From Octopus sinensis (taxonomy: Eukaryota), in assembly GCF_006345805.1 (NCBI RefSeq), contig NW_021836937.1, positions 1-27,617 on the forward strand: a stretch of 27,617 nt of DNA, written 5' to 3'. The notes under the pieces were generated by a model, which was not told where the DNA came from, made no database searches, and saw only the letters and a list, made by a program, of their open reading frames with translations. Below are positions 21,258 through 27,617 of the stretch, one piece after another; position 1 is the stretch's first letter, and each line of letters opens with the position of its first letter. Position numbers and translations under genes: made by a program.

Positions 21258-22202
21258 CCCTATTCAATGACACTTCTACTATTCCTCATGCCTTACTCGT
21301 CTCTCATTATTGAAATATCACTTCTACTGTTCCTCATGCCTTATTCCTCTCTCCCTATTCAATGACACTTCTACTGTTCCTCATGCTTACCCCTCTCTCA
21401 TTATTCAATGACTCTTCTACTTTTACTCATGCTTACCCCTCTCTCATTATTGAAATATCACTTCTACTGTTCCTCATGCCTTATTCCTCTCTCCCTATTC
21501 AATGACACTTCTACTGTTCCTCATGCTTACCCCTCTCTCATTATTCAATGACTCTTCTACTTTTACTCATGCTTACCCCTCTCTCATTATTGAAATATCA
21601 CTTCTACTGTTCCTCATGCCTTATTCCTCTCTCCCTATTCAATGACACTTCTACTATTCCTCATGCCTTACCCCTCTCTCATTATTCAATGACTCTTCTA
21701 CTTTTACTCATGCTTACCCCTCTCATTATTCAATGACACTGCTACGGTTCCTCTTGCTTTACCCCTCTCTCACTATTCAATGACTCTTCTACTTTTACTC
21801 ATGCTTACCCCTCTCTCATTATTGAAATATCACTTCTACTTTTCCTCAAGCTTACCCCTCTCTCATTATTGAAATATCACTTCTACTATTCCTCATGCTT
21901 TACCCCTCTCTCACTATTCAATGACACTTCTACTATTCCTCATGCTTACCCCTCTCTCACTATTCAATGACACTTCTACTATTCCTCATGCCTTACTCCT
22001 CTCTGACTATTCAATGACACTTCTACTATTCCTCATGCCTTACTCCTCTCTCATTATTCAATGACACTTCTACTATTCCTCTTGCTTACCGCTCTCTCCC
22101 TATTCAATATCACTTCTACTGTTCCTCATGCTCTACCCCTCTCACTATTCAATGACACTTCTACTGTTCCTCATGGCTTACCTCTCTCTCACTCTTCAAT
22201 GT
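21258..22202. repeat. 46-47-bp minisatellite, about 20 units, with a 140-bp trimeric higher-order repeat
   Basis: Unit approximately ctattcaatgacacttctactattcctcatgcttacccctctctca; the variant tgaaatatca recurs at 21311, 21451 and 21591 (period exactly 140). Confidence 0.92.
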
Positions 22203-22793
22203 CTCTTATACCATTCGCCATTCTTGGTTTTTTTCTTCATCCTAAAATTTTGAAAAAATATTTCTCTAAATATTATAACTATTTCCAAAGGTAATTTCCA
22301 TAATAAACACTTTGAAAAAATCCTTCTGTATATATTATGAAGGTATCAAGTAATTAACGATAACACGTTGAATTACCTCTCAAAATGATCTACCATAAAA
22401 ACGTTGGAAACTTTTTTCAGATATTAATGAAAATTTGTCAGACCTACTGTCATGCCGTCGGATCTATGGAAACTTAGTGCACTCCGACTGCCTGAAAATA
22501 GATTCGACTGATTTTATTATTACCTTAAAAATATTAAAAGATGCTAAATTTCGAACATTTAGAGCAATTCCAAACCAAAAACATCGCACTTTAAAATAGT
22601 GTTTAGTGAAAATAGATACAATTTTCCTTTAAACTACGAGCAGGGGTTTAGATAAGTACCAGCTACGACAAATAATTCTTTATACGAAAAGTAAGGCCCT
22701 ATGTAAATCAAATTTTCTTTAAATTAAGTGGCGCCCGAAGAATTATCGTTGAACATTTGAAAGGTAAGTTATGCTAATATTCTATGTGTCTAA

Positions 22794-23192
22794 GGCGTCG
22801 AGCTGGCAGAAACGTTAGCACGCCGGGCGAGATGCTTAGCAATATTTCGTCTGCCGCTACGTTCTGAGTTCAAATTCCGTCGAGATCGACTTTGACTTTC
22901 ATCCTTTCCGGGTCGATTAAATAAATACCATTTACGCACTGGGGTTGATATAATCGACTTAATCTGTTTGTCTGTCCTTGTTCGTCCTCTCTGTGTTTAC
23001 CCCCTTGTGGGTAGTAAAGAAATAGGTATTTCGTCTGCCGCTACGTTCTGAGTCCAAATTCCGCCGAGGTCGACTTTGCCTTTTATCCTTTCCGGGTCGA
23101 TTAAATAAGTACCAGTTACGCTCTGGAGTCGATGTAATCGACTTAATCTGTTTGTCTGTCCTTGTTTGTCCTCTCTGTGTTTAGCCCCTTGT
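22794..23192 (+). mobile_element. tRNA-derived SINE 'B' as a head-to-tail 1.7-mer, with a Tx1-like 3' tail
   Basis: ggcgtcgagcTGGCAGAAACGtt (A-box-like)...GAGTTCAAATTCC (B box). Monomer 1 is 22794-23024; monomer 2 (23025-23192) lacks the A-box head and the extreme tail. Confidence 0.82.
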
Positions 23193-23469
23193 AAGTTGGT
23201 GTTCACGAGTAGGTGATGGAAACAAGCTCGTTGCCCTGATCCCGAATGTTGTTTATCATGCAGCTTTGCAATAAGTTCCAAGTCGACAAATTGTATCATT
23301 GCTCTGAAGAAAAGCGTTCATTACCTGAAAAATATTGTTTAAGTTTAGTAAAACTTAATATGTACTCAATGCGCGAAGTGTCATTATTGGGCTCAAAACC
23401 CAATGAAGAGTCCTCCACACGAGCTAGCTTAAAACCGTCAGCTTTTAAGCTAGTATATATATATGTATA

Positions 23470-24406
23470 CTAGCATAAGGTGACCCGCTCTACGAGCGGG
23501 TAAGAGTGTAGTTGTTACTTTCTGTTGCTTCCTTTCTGCTTTTTATCACCACATTCTCCCTCTTTGATTCTCTCTCTTTCTCTCTCACTTTCCCACTCTC
23601 TTACTCTTCATTTCTCTCGGACGCTCCCTCGCTTTCTCTTACTCTCTATCTTTATCTATCTCTCTCCCATTTATAAACAACAAAAGATCTTGAGTAAATA
23701 GAGAAAGAAAATATTTTAAAAGATCAATCATAAATATCAGGCAGTGGCAACGGAAAGGTCTACTTCAAGGTAGACAGCAAAACGCTAACATTTAAAAGGG
23801 ACAGACGAACTTGCGAGCTGAATACCAATAATAAAATATTGGAAACCAAAGTTTGAAGGGATAGAATCTGAGGATAGTAGAGTTACCATGGCTGGCATTT
23901 CTTAACGACGGACAGCAACGTAGTGGCAGTTGAACGGCTGGCGCAAAATTTTGAACTTGATGTAAAAGAAAATTCCTAAACACCAAGTTTTGAAGTGATT
24001 CTTTCTCACGGCAGTAGACTACCATGGCAAGCATTCAAAACTTCTTCATCATTGACGGCAACACGTTGACGATTTAAAGGCTGTCGCAAATTTTTTAGCT
24101 TAATGTAACAGAATTCCTAAACACCCCGTCCTGTAAATTTTAATCCCCTTCCAGACCCATTTAGACCCCTTTTCACATTTTGGTTAATATAACCCGATTT
24201 CATTCGGGTCTACTTGGGACACATTTTATAAGATGATGAATTTTGAGGAAAAAAATAGTTGCCTTGCAAACTCGCCAGCACTTTTAACATAGGTGTGCAT
24301 ATTTTCAGCTCAACCGACTACATAATGCACACATTATATATACAAATGTATACAAATTATATATATATATAATATATATATATAATATATATATATATAT
24401 ATGGAT

Positions 24407-24441
<35 letters not shown>

Positions 24442-24491
24442 GATTAACCCAAAACCAGACAAACAAACTTTTCGCATTTCAGATTTATAGA
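23470..24491 (-). mobile_element. Probable non-autonomous Helitron (~1 kb)
   Basis: Minus-strand 5' end A|TCtataaatctgaaatgcgaaaagtttgtttgtctg; 3' end GC-rich hairpin acccgctc-gta-gagcgggt, 9 nt spacer, CTAG|T. It sits between A and T with no TSD. That both ends belong to one element is inferred. Confidence 0.65.
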
Positions 24492-25871
24492 TATTGATTA
24501 TATATGATTCAATTAATAATTCGAGTTATGGTTACAGTCAATCTTCAGGTTAATTGAAATATCTAAAAAATAATCAGAAATATTTAAACAATATTTTTAA
24601 GATATAAATAATATAATAATTTTTCTTATAATAAACTCTATTATCAAACTAGAAACATAAAACTTAACAATTATGATTATATCAAAATCGACTATAATGT
24701 TAAATATTAATTTTAATTTATAAGGTAGGAAACCCACCAATAATCTAATATCGGTATTAATCTATATCTAATTACAGAAATATTTAAAAATGACTAATAT
24801 ATATAAATGATCAATGAAAATATATAAATGTATATAAATATTATAATTAAGATCTAAAATAATCTCTATAAATAAATATATACGCACAAATAATAAAAAC
24901 CTAATAAATTAATTTTTCATATTTAAAGATGAAATAGCTAATTTCAAAATACAAATAAACAAACTTAAACGAACTTTCGGAAATCTTATGTAAAATACTT
25001 ATAGAAATAATCAATTCGTAGTAATATAGTATCGAATAAATACTATAAATACTATAAATATAATTATCAATGGGAATAACTAGCGAATATCAATTTAAAA
25101 AAACAATAACTAAGTTATGCTATTAAATTAGACATGGCCTGGACCAATCTTTAGTCGAAACATATCTAAGTTTATCAAAGTTTATCTAATTTAATTATAA
25201 GAAATTTAAAACTACAATTAATACTATTAAAACATGTATATACAAAAGCCTAACTTTATACACCTCGTATACTTGCTATCAAAATCTATCGCTAAGTAGT
25301 ATCTTACGAATAAACTTAAATTTAATATCTAATAATATAGAAAATTACGATAATTAGATCATTACATAAACAACGATATTTACATAAGGAAAATATTATT
25401 ACACCAAAGACTTATACAATATTAAAATTTACAATTTGAAGATCTTAAATATAAATAAATACTTATCTTAGTGAGGTTTAGTAATGAACTAAAATTTTGA
25501 ATCGGAAAACGTCTTTATAGCGTTTATAAGAATACTCGTGGAATTACGTTATTAGCAAAAAAAGAATAAATTGTTGAAGAATTCATTAAGCGTGAGGAAC
25601 ATACGCTTTATCAATGAGATTGTGAATGGGAATATTAATGGTTTATCAGTTTAAATAGAATGAAGTCACAAATAAAGAATAAAATCTCTCTATACTATAA
25701 TATTTATTAATAAAATAACTATGATAAATAATACTTAATACAAAATAAATTAAATAATTTAAATGATTAAAAACCACTAATTATTAAATATACTCTAAAA
25801 ATCTTATATGATTAATAAATATATAAAACAAAATTTTATATAGTACCCCTATATGTATATATGTATATATG

Positions 25872-25909
<38 letters not shown>

Positions 25910-26640
25910 CATACATATACATATACATATACACATACATACACACATACATATATATACATTTATACACACATATATACACACACATACACACATGCAC
26001 ATATGCACACACATACATACATGTATGTACATACAATAGTTAGTATATACACATACACCTATATACACCCACCCACACACACACACACATAAATAAATGT
26101 ATATACATATACATATATATATACACGCACATCAACATATACACATGTATACATACACACACAACCACATATATCATATAATAAATACGTATATAAAAGT
26201 CTATATTCATACTACAATACAAAAATAGAGGTAAACATTAAGTTTAATCTAAATAATTAATCTACTAATCTATACTTCTATATTAAATAAAATAGATTAA
26301 ATAAACAACTAAATAAATCTATTTCAAATATAAAGAAATTACATACAAATAGATTAATATAACAAAATTATAATTTAACGAAATTATAACAGAAATATAA
26401 CAAAATATATAAAATAAATAAAATTGTAACTTACCAGGCTCTATATTCAATAAATCATTAAATATTTATTAAAAATATATTTAGTAATAAAATATTTAGT
26501 AATAAAATGAACAACTATATATAATCTAACTATAATTAAAAACAGAACCTAAATAACTAAAATAAACTAATATAATAAGTACTACAAATCACCTGCTATA
26601 TTTAGAATACTATTACATAAAACAACAAATAGGGAGCTAA
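24492..26640. other. Extremely AT-rich, A-skewed island (sampled lines about 10-25% GC) with an embedded degenerate (TA/CA)n tract
   Basis: Hand counts on sample 60-nt lines; no ORF or repeat family recognised. Confidence 0.6.
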
Positions 26641-26681
26641 TTAAGGCTAAGAAATATCATTATTTATCAAGAAATTTATTA

Positions 26682-26786
<105 letters not shown>

Positions 26787-26819
26787 ATATATATATAACA
26801 TATATATATATATACATAT

Positions 26820-27117
26820 GGAGGAGCAATGGCCCAGTGTTTAGGGCAGCGGACTCGTGTTGTAGTGACGCGGTTTCTATTCTAGACCGGGCGTTGTGAG
26901 TGTTTATTGAGCGAAAACACCAAAAGCTCCACGAGGCTCCCGCAGGGGGTGGTGGCGATCCTGGTGTAATCTTTCACCACAAATTTATCTCACTCTTTCT
27001 TCTGCTCGCTTAGCCAGCGGGGTGGCGTCATTTGAAGGCTAACACTATGCGAAGCGCATTGTGACCAGCGATTTGTAACGACATCTGATAGCTTGGTCGG
27101 TCATGGTGATCAGAGTG
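26820..27117 (+). mobile_element. tRNA-derived SINE 'C', decayed, inserted in (TA)n
   Basis: ggaggagcaaTGGCCCAGTGTT (A-box-like)...GGTTTCTATTC (B-box-like), a unique body, and (TA)n on both sides. Confidence 0.7.
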
Positions 27118-27149
27118 ATATATATATATATATAAATATTATATATATA

Positions 27150-27239
<90 letters not shown>

Positions 27240-27399
27240 TATATGTATGTGTGTGTGTGTGTATACACACATTTTTAAAACATCATTGTTATAGATTTGA
27301 AAAGGCATAGAATTGCTATTATCTGAAATTGAGAAAAAATGATAGGTATGTTTATACACAAACACATTCACGTATACACTTACACACACATTTTTTTGC

Positions 27400-27439
<40 letters not shown>

Positions 27440-27496
27440 ATGTATAATAATAATAATAATACGTGCATACACACATGCATACATACATAAACATAC

Positions 27497-27532
<36 letters not shown>

Positions 27533-27617
27533 CTGTGTCTGTGTCTGTGGGTACACATACTCCCACAATTGTGAGAATTTGTTCATATTCCTGTTTGTGT
27601 TGTTTTAACATATGGGA

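Noticed and set aside
21258-22202. CRISPR-like array
   Set aside because: There are no unique spacers; it is a tandem minisatellite in eukaryotic DNA.
25085-25560. Possible decayed reading frame (YAIKLDMAW..., many TAA/TAG) or alternative genetic code
   Set aside because: No sustained similarity to any family I recognise; stops are expected at this AT content.

Overview
Eukaryotic, AT-rich, repeat-saturated window with no recognisable host gene. The SINE/LINE/microsatellite mix resembles cephalopod (Octopus-like) DNA; this is an inference from recalled repeat families, not a search result. Main contents: (1) a 12-kb convergent cluster (3.5-15.4 kb) of five Tx1/L1-clade non-LTR retrotransposon segments, including one full-length ~6.3-kb copy, all oriented with their sense strand on the (TATC)n strand; the microsatellite polarity flips at a perfect 139-bp inverted repeat. 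(2) Several type-I hammerhead ribozyme motifs with self-complementary stem III (Penelope/retrozyme style) from at least three unrelated non-coding repeat families, most clustered at 15.4-17.9 kb inside fold-back structures. (3) Two SINE-LINE pairs with shared 3' tails, one SINE/CR1-like and one SINE/Tx1. (4) A decayed DD34E Tc1 element with IR/DR repeats, a probable non-autonomous Helitron, a third tRNA-derived SINE, a 46-47-bp minisatellite with a 140-bp higher-order unit, and a very AT-rich island. Most ORFs in the supplied track are microsatellite read-throughs. All alignments and counts were done by hand.
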